From: Spirochaetota bacterium
Lineage (GTDB): Bacteria; Spirochaetota; UBA4802; UBA5550
Direction of reading: 5' to 3'
Length of the DNA stretch: 64,000 nucleotides
Assembly (NCBI GenBank): GCA_963664815.2
Contig: CAXXHB010000003.1
Coordinates: 3,264,001-3,328,000, forward strand
The notes beneath the pieces are model-generated. The model was given only the letters and a program-made list of their open reading frames with translations. It made no database searches and was not told the origin of the DNA. Below, one piece after another: positions 34,884 to 44,923 of this stretch. Within the stretch, counting starts at the first letter, position 1; the number at the start of each line of letters is the position of its first letter. The position numbers and the translations under genes are program-made.

Positions 34884-36728
34884 TCAATGCATAAACAGTA
34901 TCACATTTTCACCTTTTGAAATACTGCTTCCAGGTGCGGGTTTCTGTCCATAAACTCTTCCTGAACCTTTTATATAATATTTAATACCATGCTTTTCTCC
35001 AAGGACTCTTAAAACTGCCGCCGCTTCAGCTATATTCATTCCCTTTAAATCTGGAACCGTCTGAAACTCAGACGCTGCCGATTCCTGCGATTTTTTAACT
35101 TTAAAAGCTGAAGTATCCTTACCGCCGATTCCGAAATAGGGCAACACCCTGTCAGTTATCCTCATAAAAACAGGCGCTGCGGAAGCTCCACCGGTAAAAC
35201 GGTCATCCGGATCATCGATAACTACCAGCATTGTTATTTTCGGATTCTGATAAGGGGCAATTCCTACAAATGATGAAACATTTCTGTCCGAATACCCGCC
35301 GGCAGCACTGCTGAATTTCTGGGATGTTCCTGTTTTACCGGCGATCTGGTAGAAAACCGAGTCCGCTCTTTTCCCGGTTCCTTCCGTTACAACATTTCTC
35401 ATCATCTTCATAAGAAATAAAGCTTCCTCCTCCTTTATTACCCGCCCCTTTGTGCGCGGATAAAATCCCTGTACAAGAGTACCGTCCGGTTTTTCAATTT
35501 TCTCTACCAGAGCAGGAGTTACATAAACACCGCGGTTTGCTATGGAATTAAATGCGGCAGCAAGCTGTATTGATGTTACGGAAAGTTCATGCCCTATCGA
35601 CATGGAATATTTAGACAGGCCTGACCATTGTGCAACAGGCCTGAGTATACCTTCAGCTTCACCTGGCAATTCCAGCCCTGTCTGAACCCCAAAGCCGAAT
35701 TTACGAAGAGTAGTATACAAATCCTTCTTTTCAAGGCCCTTAACAGACTGAATCATACCGGCGTTACACGATTGTGCAATTACCTTCTCAATACTAAGTT
35801 TGCCATGTTTATGCAGACAATTGATCCTCACATCATTTATATCAACAAATCCTTCACAAAAATACTCTTTCTTTAAAGCTTCCGGTTTATTTTCAATAAG
35901 AGAGGAAAGTGTAATAATTTTCATAGTCGATCCCGGTTCAAAAGAATCAACAATACTGAAATTTGAACGCAATGAACCATTATAACTGCTGAAATAATTC
36001 GGATCAAATGAAGGGTATTTGGCAATTGCAAGCACTCTCCCGGTATCCACCTCGAGAATTACAACTGCTCCCTGCTTAGCCCGGTGTTGCACAATGGCTT
36101 TGCCAAGTTCCTCCTCGGCAACATGCTGAACATAACGATCAATGGTGAGTGTAAGATTCTTTTTCTGATAAATCTCTCTTGAGATTTCGTCCTTTACCAC
36201 TTCATCTCTGCCGGAAAGAATATTGTTAAACTTGTATTCAATTCCGTCGAGACCCATATTGTCAAGCCCGACAAAACCTACAACATTTGCCGCAAGACTG
36301 TTATAAGGGTAAACCCGTTTATATTCATTTGTAAAATGAACCCCTTTAATTCCAAGTGCTTTTATTCTGCCTGACACCTGTACGTCGCATCTCCTTATCA
36401 GCCATATGAATTTTTTTTGACCGATAAATTTAGAGTGAAGTTCAGATGCCGGAGTACCCACTATAGATGATAAAGCTGCTGCGGCTGAAGCAGGATCTTT
36501 CAATTCCTGAGGATTAATGTAAACAGAATCAAACATTACACTTAATGCAAGAAGATATCCTTCACGATCAAAGATATACCCCCTTCCGTCTTCTATTGGT
36601 TCTTTGCCAGGAAGGATAATTTTATCGGAAAAGTGAAGATTGAAAAGTTTCAAAACAAAAAAGAACAGGATTACCGATAAGATAAAACCGGTTATCATTA
36701 TTCTTTTTTTAAAGACAGATTTATCCAT
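34884..36728 (-). CDS. Class B penicillin-binding protein (FtsI-like) with PASTA domain
   Basis: RGYIFDR, RVYP, GLDGIE, EPGSTMK (SxxK), SCN, KTGT; C-terminal VPDLKG...QKPAPG. Confidence 0.92.
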   Translation of the reverse strand: MDKSVFKKRIMITGFILSVILFFFVLKLFNLHFSDKIILPGKEPIEDGRGYIFDREGYLLALSVMFDSVYINPQELKDPASAAAALSSIVGTPASELHSKFIGQKKFIWLIRRCDVQVSGRIKALGIKGVHFTNEYKRVYPYNSLAANVVGFVGLDNMGLDGIEYKFNNILSGRDEVVKDEISREIYQKKNLTLTIDRYVQHVAEEELGKAIVQHRAKQGAVVILEVDTGRVLAIAKYPSFDPNYFSSYNGSLRSNFSIVDSFEPGSTMKIITLSSLIENKPEALKKEYFCEGFVDINDVRINCLHKHGKLSIEKVIAQSCNAGMIQSVKGLEKKDLYTTLRKFGFGVQTGLELPGEAEGILRPVAQWSGLSKYSMSIGHELSVTSIQLAAAFNSIANRGVYVTPALVEKIEKPDGTLVQGFYPRTKGRVIKEEEALFLMKMMRNVVTEGTGKRADSVFYQIAGKTGTSQKFSSAAGGYSDRNVSSFVGIAPYQNPKITMLVVIDDPDDRFTGGASAAPVFMRITDRVLPYFGIGGKDTSAFKVKKSQESAASEFQTVPDLKGMNIAEAAAVLRVLGEKHGIKYYIKGSGRVYGQKPAPGSSISKGENVILFMH

Positions 36729-36788
36729 TACAACCCAATTTTAAAATTTTCAGATTACTCACTCAAGAACCGGTTGATAAATTAATAA

Positions 36789-36811
36789 TCACCGCGCAGG
36801 AAGCGCGGTGA
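36789..36811 (-). terminator. GC-rich hairpin between lepB and the PBP gene
   Basis: TCACCGCGC-AGGAA-GCGCGGTGA; U-tract weak. Confidence 0.5.
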
Positions 36812-36881
36812 ACGTGAAGTATACCCGCAGTTTCAGGACAATTATTAAAATATAATCTGTTATAATAGCTTTTTCCCACAA

Positions 36882-37985
36882 TTATCTTATTAATCCAAGC
36901 CTGTTAAACTTGCCGCTGAATATCTGTTCTGAATTCCAGTAAAGAATAAAAGCTCTTCCTTTAATTGCAGTTATATCAAGATAACCAAAGTAACGTCCGT
37001 CTGAAGAGTTAACCCTGTTGTCTCCAAGCACAACTACCTTGCCAGTTGGGACTATACCTTCAATATTATTGAACTTGTTTATATTAAAATGATCATAATC
37101 TGTCGGCTTACCAAGAGTATATGGTTCATTCTGCTTAACACCGTTTATGTATACAAAATTATCTTTAACATGAAATTCATCACCGGGAAGGGCAATACAT
37201 CGTTTTATATAATCTTTGTGCTTTTCACTCTCTATGGGGGGTGTAAATATTACGATGTCTCCCCTTTGCAACCCTCTTACTGCAAACGCATTAAGATGAA
37301 CAGGATTTGCCATTCCCATCATTTTCGGGATAATTGGTCCATAGGTGATTTTTTCTACAAACAAATGATCACCTATCTGCAGAGTTTCCTCCATCGAACC
37401 TGTTGGAATATAATAAGCCTGTATAACATATTGAATTATATGAACAGCAAGAACAAGGGCTACCGCAATTGCATCAATGAACTCCCAGATTTTTTTATAC
37501 AACAGTGTCCTTTTGGGAGCCATATCCTGAAAAAGTTCCTGCATAAAATTTCTGTGCTCTTCGCTGAGAAGAATTCTTGGAAAAGATGTAACAACGAATT
37601 TTTCTCTTATTAAAAAATTACCCAGGGGATTTATCTCTAAGTATGTTATTTCATCTCCGGGGATTTTAAATGTTTTATCAGAAGTTGTTATCTCTATAAA
37701 ATTGTTGGTCAGTTTAATTTTCCCGCCCCGATACTTTATATATTTTACAATATGATTTGTAAATCTTACAAAGTAAAAAACTGTGGCCATACTCCCGATA
37801 AAATAAATGTAAAAACAGGGTGTTTTTACAAAAGGAATGGCTACTGCAAGAAAAAGTGTAGAATAAGCAAAAAGAATAAGATAGAGAGTTCTTTGAATAA
37901 AAAACTTAACAGCATCTTTTCCTTTTATTATTTCAAATTCAACATCAAATTCTTTTGATTTGTCAAATCTTAAAAATTGAATCAT
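36882..37985 (-). CDS. lepB: Signal peptidase I with extra N-terminal membrane domain
   Basis: IPTGSMEETL (Ser), YIKRC (Lys), GDNRVNSSDGRYFG. Confidence 0.93.
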   Translation of the reverse strand: MIQFLRFDKSKEFDVEFEIIKGKDAVKFFIQRTLYLILFAYSTLFLAVAIPFVKTPCFYIYFIGSMATVFYFVRFTNHIVKYIKYRGGKIKLTNNFIEITTSDKTFKIPGDEITYLEINPLGNFLIREKFVVTSFPRILLSEEHRNFMQELFQDMAPKRTLLYKKIWEFIDAIAVALVLAVHIIQYVIQAYYIPTGSMEETLQIGDHLFVEKITYGPIIPKMMGMANPVHLNAFAVRGLQRGDIVIFTPPIESEKHKDYIKRCIALPGDEFHVKDNFVYINGVKQNEPYTLGKPTDYDHFNINKFNNIEGIVPTGKVVVLGDNRVNSSDGRYFGYLDITAIKGRAFILYWNSEQIFSGKFNRLGLIR

Positions 37986-38131
37986 TAAATTCTCCTTGGG
38001 ATTATAAAAAAATGAATAATTACGATTTTATGGGGTAAAATGTGCAACAAAACATATTTCTATAACAAAATTTATTGCATATTTAACCACATACATATAA
38101 AATAGTACATAACAGGTGTCTACAACTTTTT

Positions 38132-39979
38132 ATGAAAACAATTGATGATATACTAAAAAGAATCCAGCCTGAAAAGCAGAAAGAGCTGATTCAGACTTTT
38201 AACATTAAAACCTCATCTGAAGCAAAAATCAGAGAGGCTATGCTCAATTTTTATACCCTGTATAGGATAATTTCTTCATTTAACAGGGATGAAATCAATA
38301 TATTCAAAGTCCTTTATTCCGGAAATGACGGAATAAGCTTTGGAGAACTTCAGAAAATACTCTCTATCGACATTGATGTAATAGAAAAATCTGTTCTCAA
38401 CATAAGCTCATACATGCTTGCCTATGTTATAAAAAACAGACAGATGCTCAATAAAAAAATGGATAAAATTCACTGTATACAGGAGATTTCAGAAATCCTT
38501 ACAATCTCCGAAAGTGTGGACGTTACAGATTATCTGAATAAAGCTGCTGAAACATTAATAGCAAAAAATGAATCAGCCCCTGAAGAAATAATAAAAGATG
38601 AAAAATCCCTTGAGATCATAAAAACCATAATAAAAAAAGGTTGCATAATTGAATCTGAAAACCTTTTGGAATTATATGATTCCAGGGAAAACGAGAAAAA
38701 AATCAACGAACTTATAGAAAAAAAATATCTGAATATTTTCAGTATAATCAATGATAAGCCTTATGTTTATATCGGTATAGATGAAAAAATCCTCCCGCAG
38801 GCTGCATCCTTTTATAAAAAGAAAAACCTGGCCGAAAATATAACTGTCTGCAACAATTTTAAAAACGTTACCAATATAATTAAAGCCTACGATGTTATCT
38901 CATCATCAGGACTCTTTTTAACAAAGCAGAGCAAATTCAGAAAAATTGATCTTAAAAAAATATCTGAAGCAATGCTTGAGATCTCTCTTGCAGATGGAAC
39001 AATCCTTGAAGATGAGGAAAGAGCATTTATTGCAATGCAGATGCTTAACCTGCTTAAATGCCTTAGACTTGACAGAGATATCGGAATTATCAGTTTAAAA
39101 AACATATCTGAAAAAATTGAAGATCCACTGCTTATTACACGTGGAGTTCTTCTGAAAATTCAGGAAGGTATAAAACCTGGTGAAGAATTCAGGGGAGCAA
39201 CTGTTATTCCTCACTCACAGGGGATAAAAAGTATTCTGACAATACTATCAGGTTTAAAAAGTGCCGATTATGACTATCTGAGGCTTATATTTATAACATT
39301 ATGCACAGCCTCTCATTTCAAAAAACTTGAAAATGATTTTCAGAATTTTGTAAATGATGCTGAAGAACAGTTTGAGCAATCCCTGAATTTTCTTACAATC
39401 TGCGGTTTATGTGAAACCATTAATGGAAAAATATCATTATCGGAACCAGGTAAAAGAATAAGTGCAATACTCCAGAACAAGAAGCATAGTAAAGAAACAG
39501 AGATTAAAAAATGCATTTATATAAGTCCGGACTTTACATTGATGATTCCTCACAGAGATATAGATCCGGTATCCCTTTACACAATAATGGCCTTTACAGA
39601 AATTTTGAAGGAAGATGTCGTTATTGAAGCAGCTATAACCAAAAATTCGATAATAAACGCGAAAAAAAGGGGAATGAATATTGAAAAATTTATTCAGACA
39701 CTTAAAAAATATGCAAAAAACGATATCCCTCAGAATCTTGAATTCCTGCTTGATGACTGGACTAAACAGACTATCAGTATAAATATTTCAAAACCGATTC
39801 TGCTTCATGCAAGCCATGGGAGCTTCATTGATGAAATTCTATACAGTTCCTCATCAAAAACGATAATGACCCGGATTTCAGAGAATTATGCAATACTTGA
39901 TAAAGATTCTATTGATATTGTAGTTAAGTTTTCCAAAAAATTCGATGCAGTTATAACAATATTTGAAGAGAACGATTAA
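38132..39979 (+). CDS. Protein with C-terminal XPB-associated (Helicase_C_3-like) domain, no helicase motifs
   Basis: ISPDFTLMI...ITKNSI..A.KRG...F...L......IPQNL..LL.DW; no Walker A or DExH seen. Confidence 0.7.
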   Translation: MKTIDDILKRIQPEKQKELIQTFNIKTSSEAKIREAMLNFYTLYRIISSFNRDEINIFKVLYSGNDGISFGELQKILSIDIDVIEKSVLNISSYMLAYVIKNRQMLNKKMDKIHCIQEISEILTISESVDVTDYLNKAAETLIAKNESAPEEIIKDEKSLEIIKTIIKKGCIIESENLLELYDSRENEKKINELIEKKYLNIFSIINDKPYVYIGIDEKILPQAASFYKKKNLAENITVCNNFKNVTNIIKAYDVISSSGLFLTKQSKFRKIDLKKISEAMLEISLADGTILEDEERAFIAMQMLNLLKCLRLDRDIGIISLKNISEKIEDPLLITRGVLLKIQEGIKPGEEFRGATVIPHSQGIKSILTILSGLKSADYDYLRLIFITLCTASHFKKLENDFQNFVNDAEEQFEQSLNFLTICGLCETINGKISLSEPGKRISAILQNKKHSKETEIKKCIYISPDFTLMIPHRDIDPVSLYTIMAFTEILKEDVVIEAAITKNSIINAKKRGMNIEKFIQTLKKYAKNDIPQNLEFLLDDWTKQTISINISKPILLHASHGSFIDEILYSSSSKTIMTRISENYAILDKDSIDIVVKFSKKFDAVITIFEEND

Positions 39980-40266
39980 TCTGTCGTTACCTTAATTTTT
40001 ACGGGGAAATCCCAGTCCATAAATTCCTGAAGAGCTTTTATTGTTTTATCCTGAACAAAGTAGAGTTTTCCATTGAGTTTAACAAGCCCTCCCTTATAAT
40101 AAGAATGTTTCATCTGATGATCTATCCATCCAACAAGTTCTACTTTCCTCCAGTTATCTACAGTTTTTAAAACAGGAAGCTTTCTGAGATAGAGTTCTTT
40201 TATAACTCCATTCTTAACAGAATCAACTAGTATTTTTTCCCACTCCATTATCATACTCTTATACAA
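39976..40266 (-). CDS. Hypothetical protein
   Basis: 96-codon ORF 10 nt downstream of a co-oriented gene; globular composition. Confidence 0.65.
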   Translation of the reverse strand: MYKSMIMEWEKILVDSVKNGVIKELYLRKLPVLKTVDNWRKVELVGWIDHQMKHSYYKGGLVKLNGKLYFVQDKTIKALQEFMDWDFPVKIKVTTD

Positions 40267-40276
40267 TTATTTTTTA

Positions 40277-41152
40277 CTATTTATCACTAATTGAACACCC
40301 TGCTGTAAGTTTTCCAATTTTTTCTTCAAGAACTCTTTTCTCTTCTTTAAGCCTTTTAAGTTCCGAGTGGAGATCCATGGCTTCAACCCTGCTTAACTCT
40401 TCAACACTGTCCCTTGCATCCATAATCTTTTTTATTGCTAGCAGTTCCCTGGTTGAATACTCTATCAATGATTCCTGTGCTTCAATTATTCTGTTGGCAT
40501 TAATCATCTCTTCTCTTCGAAGCTCTCCAAGCATCTCTTCCGCTTTAACCCTATCCTTTAAAATCATATATTCATAATTTCTGTTAAGAGCAATATTCCT
40601 GATTGAATCGTTGAGATTAAGATGTTCCTGCATCATTTTTTTTTCAAAATCGAGAATTTTAATAAAAATCTCCTTTTCAATTCCTTCATTAAACATATTT
40701 TTCCTTTTTACATCAAGCATACATTCAATCACATCGATACGCGATTCAGACTCGTCAGAAATAAGTTTCATTATCTGCCTGTATTTTTCAACAAGAATGG
40801 TTTTTTCAAGAAGAAGTAAAAAACTTCTTTCATCCACAGGTTTTACAATAAACTCAAGATTTAAGAGATTAACAGTATTAAAAAAAATACCTTCAACATC
40901 ACTTCTGTCAGCGACAACCAGTTTTATAAAATTATCTATAGCTGTTATACGGGAAATATCCCTGATAAGTTCTGCAGGTTTTCTGGCCATCAGATAAAAA
41001 ACATAGACGCTGCAACCAGTTTTATTTTCAGAGATATTATCAATTTCATTAAAATCGCAGACCATTACCGACAATCCCATCTGACCTGCCCTTGCTGCAA
41101 GAGCCTCACCTTCGCTGTTATCGGTAAAAAATAATATTTCAATTTTATTCAT
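40277..41152 (-). CDS. Degenerate receiver domain plus long coiled coil
   Basis: ILFFTDN start, EFIVKP motif, heptad-rich C-terminal half. Confidence 0.65.
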   Translation of the reverse strand: MNKIEILFFTDNSEGEALAARAGQMGLSVMVCDFNEIDNISENKTGCSVYVFYLMARKPAELIRDISRITAIDNFIKLVVADRSDVEGIFFNTVNLLNLEFIVKPVDERSFLLLLEKTILVEKYRQIMKLISDESESRIDVIECMLDVKRKNMFNEGIEKEIFIKILDFEKKMMQEHLNLNDSIRNIALNRNYEYMILKDRVKAEEMLGELRREEMINANRIIEAQESLIEYSTRELLAIKKIMDARDSVEELSRVEAMDLHSELKRLKEEKRVLEEKIGKLTAGCSISDK

Positions 41153-41404
41153 AATATTAAGCCCTTTCAGGTTTTTAATTCCGTTATATATTTCCTTTAA
41201 TTACAACTCTTTTTTTAAACTGTAAAACAAAAACAGGTTTAAGAACAAATTCAAATCACTGAATTCAAAAAAACTTCCATTTAAACTGTCATAAATAGAC
41301 ACATTCAGAAACATGTAAAGTTTTAAAGATAAAAAAAACTTGCCATTATCAACCTCTGTAAGGATTTGTCCCAAAAATTAAATTATACCATATGAGAGAG
41401 TACT

Positions 41405-42406
41405 TTGAAATATATAAAATATGCTTTATCCATTTTATTAATCCTGATTCTGCTTTACAGTTACAGACAGCTTGTTTTTCCACCCGAGTTCCTGAATCTC
41501 GTCTCTGGAGCTGCATTTTCAGAGAAATGTTTTAATAAAATTCATGAGTTTACTCAAGAAGAGAATGTTTTTTATATTCCCGATATTGAGAATAAAGAAT
41601 TTTTTGAATCCGTTGAAGATTTATCCATATGCCGTAATAATGCTGTGCGAAAATACATATATGTATACCTTACATCCGGGAGAGAATATCTGGTAAAATC
41701 TATCGGAAGATCCTTCATATACATCGATATAATAAACGGAATTATGAAAAAAAATCCCGACATCCCTTCAGAGATCGCACTGCTCCCCCTGCTTGAAAGC
41801 GGTTTTGACCCATATGCAATATCAAAAAGCAATGCTGCAGGTTTATGGCAATTTCTGCTTCCTACTTCAAGACAGCTTGGCCTTAAAAGTGATCATCTTG
41901 TTGAAGAGAGGCGCGATATCGAAAAATCCACTGAAGCTGCCATCAGACATCTGCGCTATCTGCATAAAATTTTTAAATCGTGGGACATTGCCCTTGCTGC
42001 CTACAATGGAGGAGATGGACAGATAAGAAGAGCCATGAAAAAAACAAACTCAAATAACATCTGGGAACTTATAAAATCGGGGAATCTCATAAAGGAAACA
42101 TCTGAATATGTTCCAAGATACGCTGCACTTATAATAATTTATAATAACAGGAAACTGTTTGGAATAGAAAATGAAATTGTACTTCCGGAAAATGAAAAAA
42201 CAGTGGCGATACGACTCGATTACCAGATAGATATAAACCAGCTCTCGGAAAAATGCCATATCAATATAAATGAGATAAAAAAATACAATCCGCAGCTTAA
42301 TACATCTCTAACACCCTCTTTAAAAGATGGTTTTACTTTACGTTTAACTGACAATTCAGCCGGGAAGTTTTATCAGAACACCGGGAGTTTAATATCCGAA
42401 AGATAG
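41405..42406 (+). CDS. Lytic transglycosylase (MltD-like SLT domain)
   Basis: LESGF, AAGLWQF, ERRD, ALAAYNGG, ETSEYVP; LysM-like IKKYNPQL. Confidence 0.92.
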   Translation: MKYIKYALSILLILILLYSYRQLVFPPEFLNLVSGAAFSEKCFNKIHEFTQEENVFYIPDIENKEFFESVEDLSICRNNAVRKYIYVYLTSGREYLVKSIGRSFIYIDIINGIMKKNPDIPSEIALLPLLESGFDPYAISKSNAAGLWQFLLPTSRQLGLKSDHLVEERRDIEKSTEAAIRHLRYLHKIFKSWDIALAAYNGGDGQIRRAMKKTNSNNIWELIKSGNLIKETSEYVPRYAALIIIYNNRKLFGIENEIVLPENEKTVAIRLDYQIDINQLSEKCHININEIKKYNPQLNTSLTPSLKDGFTLRLTDNSAGKFYQNTGSLISER

Positions 42407-42472
42407 AAAAATTATATCTTGACACAACCCACCTCGGGTTTAATTTTTTAAAAAATCAAAGGAGGATCCATT

Positions 42473-42667
42473 ATGTTACCCTTCAATTTGCCAGGCGGTG
42501 GAGAATGGCTTGTTATCATCGGGATTATAGTCCTTCTCTTCGGAGGAAGTAAAGCCATGTCCTCCGTTAAAGATCTCGGGAAAGAGGTATATAAACTGAA
42601 AAAAGATGTTAATGATCTGAAAGACGAAGTAAAAACAGATATAATCAGGATTAACGATAAAGAATAG
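42473..42667 (+). CDS. tatA: Twin-arginine translocase TatA/E subunit
   Basis: GGGEWLVI...LLFGG hinge then amphipathic helix; GGAGG RBS. Confidence 0.85.
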   Translation: MLPFNLPGGGEWLVIIGIIVLLFGGSKAMSSVKDLGKEVYKLKKDVNDLKDEVKTDIIRINDKE

Positions 42668-42679
42668 AGGAGCAATCTC

Positions 42680-43948
42680 TTGGACTATTATAAAATCAGA
42701 GGCGGTAAAAAGTTAAACGGCGATGTTAAAATATCCGGGGCAAAAAACGCTGCTCTCCCCATAATTGTAGCAAGCCTGCTTGCGGATGGTGAAACTGTTC
42801 TTAAAAATGTTCCGGATCTTATGGACATAAGGACAATAATCAAGGTCATTGAATACCTCGGCGCCGAAACTGAATTCGACAGCGAAAGAAATATTCTCAA
42901 AATAAAAGTTAACAATATAAAAAACGGTGAAATGCCATACGAGCTTGTAAAAACCATGCGGGCATCAGTGTATGTTATGGGACCGCTGCTTGCAAGGCTC
43001 GGTGAAGCTGATGTTTCACTTCCCGGCGGATGCGCCATAGGAGAAAGACCGGTTGATATACATCTTGCAGGTTTTGAAGCAATGGGTGTAAAAATCGACC
43101 TGGAACATGGAAATATTAAAGCGAGAGCGGGGAAAATGACTCCCGCTAATTTTACCATGCGCCAGATTTCCGTAGGAGCCACTGCAAATCTCATGATGGG
43201 TTCGGTACTCACTCCCGGAAAAACCATTCTTGAAAACTGCGCACTAGAGCCGGATATTGTAGATCTGGGGCATTTCCTGAATAAAATGGGGGCAAAAATA
43301 AACGGGCTCGGCACAGAAAGGATTACCATAGAAGGTGTTAAAAAACTGACACCTGTAACATATTCAATTATGCCGGATAGAATTGAGGCCGGCACGTTTC
43401 TTCTCGCCGGAGCAATTACAAAAGGGGATGTTAAACTGAACAATTGTATTCCGGAGCATGTCGGTTCCTTAATTGATCTGCTTAAAGAATCTGGATATAA
43501 TATCGTATCAGCAGATGACTCAGTAAGGATTACCCCTGGTAAAAGTCAGAAAGGATTTATGGTAAAGACCCTACCCTACCCCGGATTTCCAACTGATTTG
43601 CAGGCACCCTTGATGTCACTTGCAACAACAATGCCCGGCATAAGTGTAATAATAGAAACCATTTTTGAAAACAGATATACTCATGTTGGAGAGCTGAGAA
43701 GACTCGGCGCGGATATAAGTATTGAAGGAAATGTCGCAATTATAAAAGGGGGGAGAAAACTGATGTCCGCTCCCATAATGATGTCAGATCTCCGTGCAGG
43801 AGCTTCTCTTGTAATCGCAGCCCTGGCAGCCAAGGGCGACACAGAAATAAGAAGAATTTATCATTCCGACAGAGGATATGAAAAATTAACAGAAAAGTTA
43901 TCCACCCTTGGTGCCGATATTAAAAGGGTAAAAGGGGGAACTTTCTGA
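42680..43948 (+). CDS. murA: UDP-N-acetylglucosamine 1-carboxyvinyltransferase
   Basis: GAKNAALP, MRAS, LPGGCAIGERP, PDRIEAGT, YPGFPTDLQ, DLRAGA. Confidence 0.98.
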   Translation: MDYYKIRGGKKLNGDVKISGAKNAALPIIVASLLADGETVLKNVPDLMDIRTIIKVIEYLGAETEFDSERNILKIKVNNIKNGEMPYELVKTMRASVYVMGPLLARLGEADVSLPGGCAIGERPVDIHLAGFEAMGVKIDLEHGNIKARAGKMTPANFTMRQISVGATANLMMGSVLTPGKTILENCALEPDIVDLGHFLNKMGAKINGLGTERITIEGVKKLTPVTYSIMPDRIEAGTFLLAGAITKGDVKLNNCIPEHVGSLIDLLKESGYNIVSADDSVRITPGKSQKGFMVKTLPYPGFPTDLQAPLMSLATTMPGISVIIETIFENRYTHVGELRRLGADISIEGNVAIIKGGRKLMSAPIMMSDLRAGASLVIAALAAKGDTEIRRIYHSDRGYEKLTEKLSTLGADIKRVKGGTF

Positions 43949-44784
43949 TGTTGAGAGGTATATACACAGGCGCAAGCGGGATGCTTGCTCAGGATGCGAA
44001 AATGGATGCAATTGCCAACAATCTTGCAAATGTTGATAAAACTGCCTACAAGAAAGATGTAGCCATTTTTAAATCTTTTCCCGAGATGCTCATCCGCAGG
44101 ATTAATGAGAGCGGAATGGGTGAAACGCCTGCCGGTTCCTATGATGCCATGCCTTATGTGGGAAAACTCGGTACCGGAGTTGAACTGAACGAAGTTTTTA
44201 CCGATTTTGAGCAGGGATCGCTGCAGAGAACAGAGAACAACTTTGATCTTGCCCTTGATGGAAAAGGTTTTTTTACGGTAATGACAGAAAGAGGTGAAAG
44301 ATATACAAGAGACGGTTCTTTCACAATAAACCAGGATGGAGTTCTAATGACTCACAACGGGAATCCTGTTATGGGTGAAAATGGAATTATACGGATTCAA
44401 CAGAATAATTTCATGGTAAATGAAAGAGGGGAAATTATCGTTAATGGTGATCTCTCTGCAGATCCGAAAGATGTTGTAAGTATGAACAGCAACAACTGGT
44501 CAAATCCGGTTGTAATAGATAAACTTAAAATTGTAGATTTTGAAAACATCAGGGAGATCAAGAAGGAAGGCGACTCTATGTACAGGGAAACCGAATATTC
44601 AGGACCTCCGCTGCCTCCAGGTGATATGAAGGTTATACAGGGTTTCCTTGAGAAATCTAATGTTAACATTATACGAGAAATGGTAGACATGATTGAAGTT
44701 CAGAGAAGTTATGAAGCCAACCAGAAAACTGTAACTTCCCATGATCAAACTCTCGGCAAACTGATAAATGAAGTGGCAAGATAA
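43948..44784 (+). CDS. Flagellar basal-body rod protein (FlgF/FlgG/FlhO family)
   Basis: IANNLANV, YTRDGSF, LEKSNVN...EMVDMI..QRSYEAN. Confidence 0.92.
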   Translation: MLRGIYTGASGMLAQDAKMDAIANNLANVDKTAYKKDVAIFKSFPEMLIRRINESGMGETPAGSYDAMPYVGKLGTGVELNEVFTDFEQGSLQRTENNFDLALDGKGFFTVMTERGERYTRDGSFTINQDGVLMTHNGNPVMGENGIIRIQQNNFMVNERGEIIVNGDLSADPKDVVSMNSNNWSNPVVIDKLKIVDFENIREIKKEGDSMYRETEYSGPPLPPGDMKVIQGFLEKSNVNIIREMVDMIEVQRSYEANQKTVTSHDQTLGKLINEVAR

Positions 44785-44923
44785 ATTAATATTTTCAACG
44801 GCAAACCTGTTACTATCGGTTTGCCGGTATTTAAAATCCGGCAAAATTCATTAAACTTAACTTCAAAATAATCAACGTAATTATTCAAAAACAGTTATTA
44901 AAGTTAAGCAATACATTGATTTA

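Noticed and set aside
42688-43443. 251-aa ORF antisense to murA, and other antisense ORFs within strong genes
   Set aside because: Mirror-frame ORFs with no motifs or RBS
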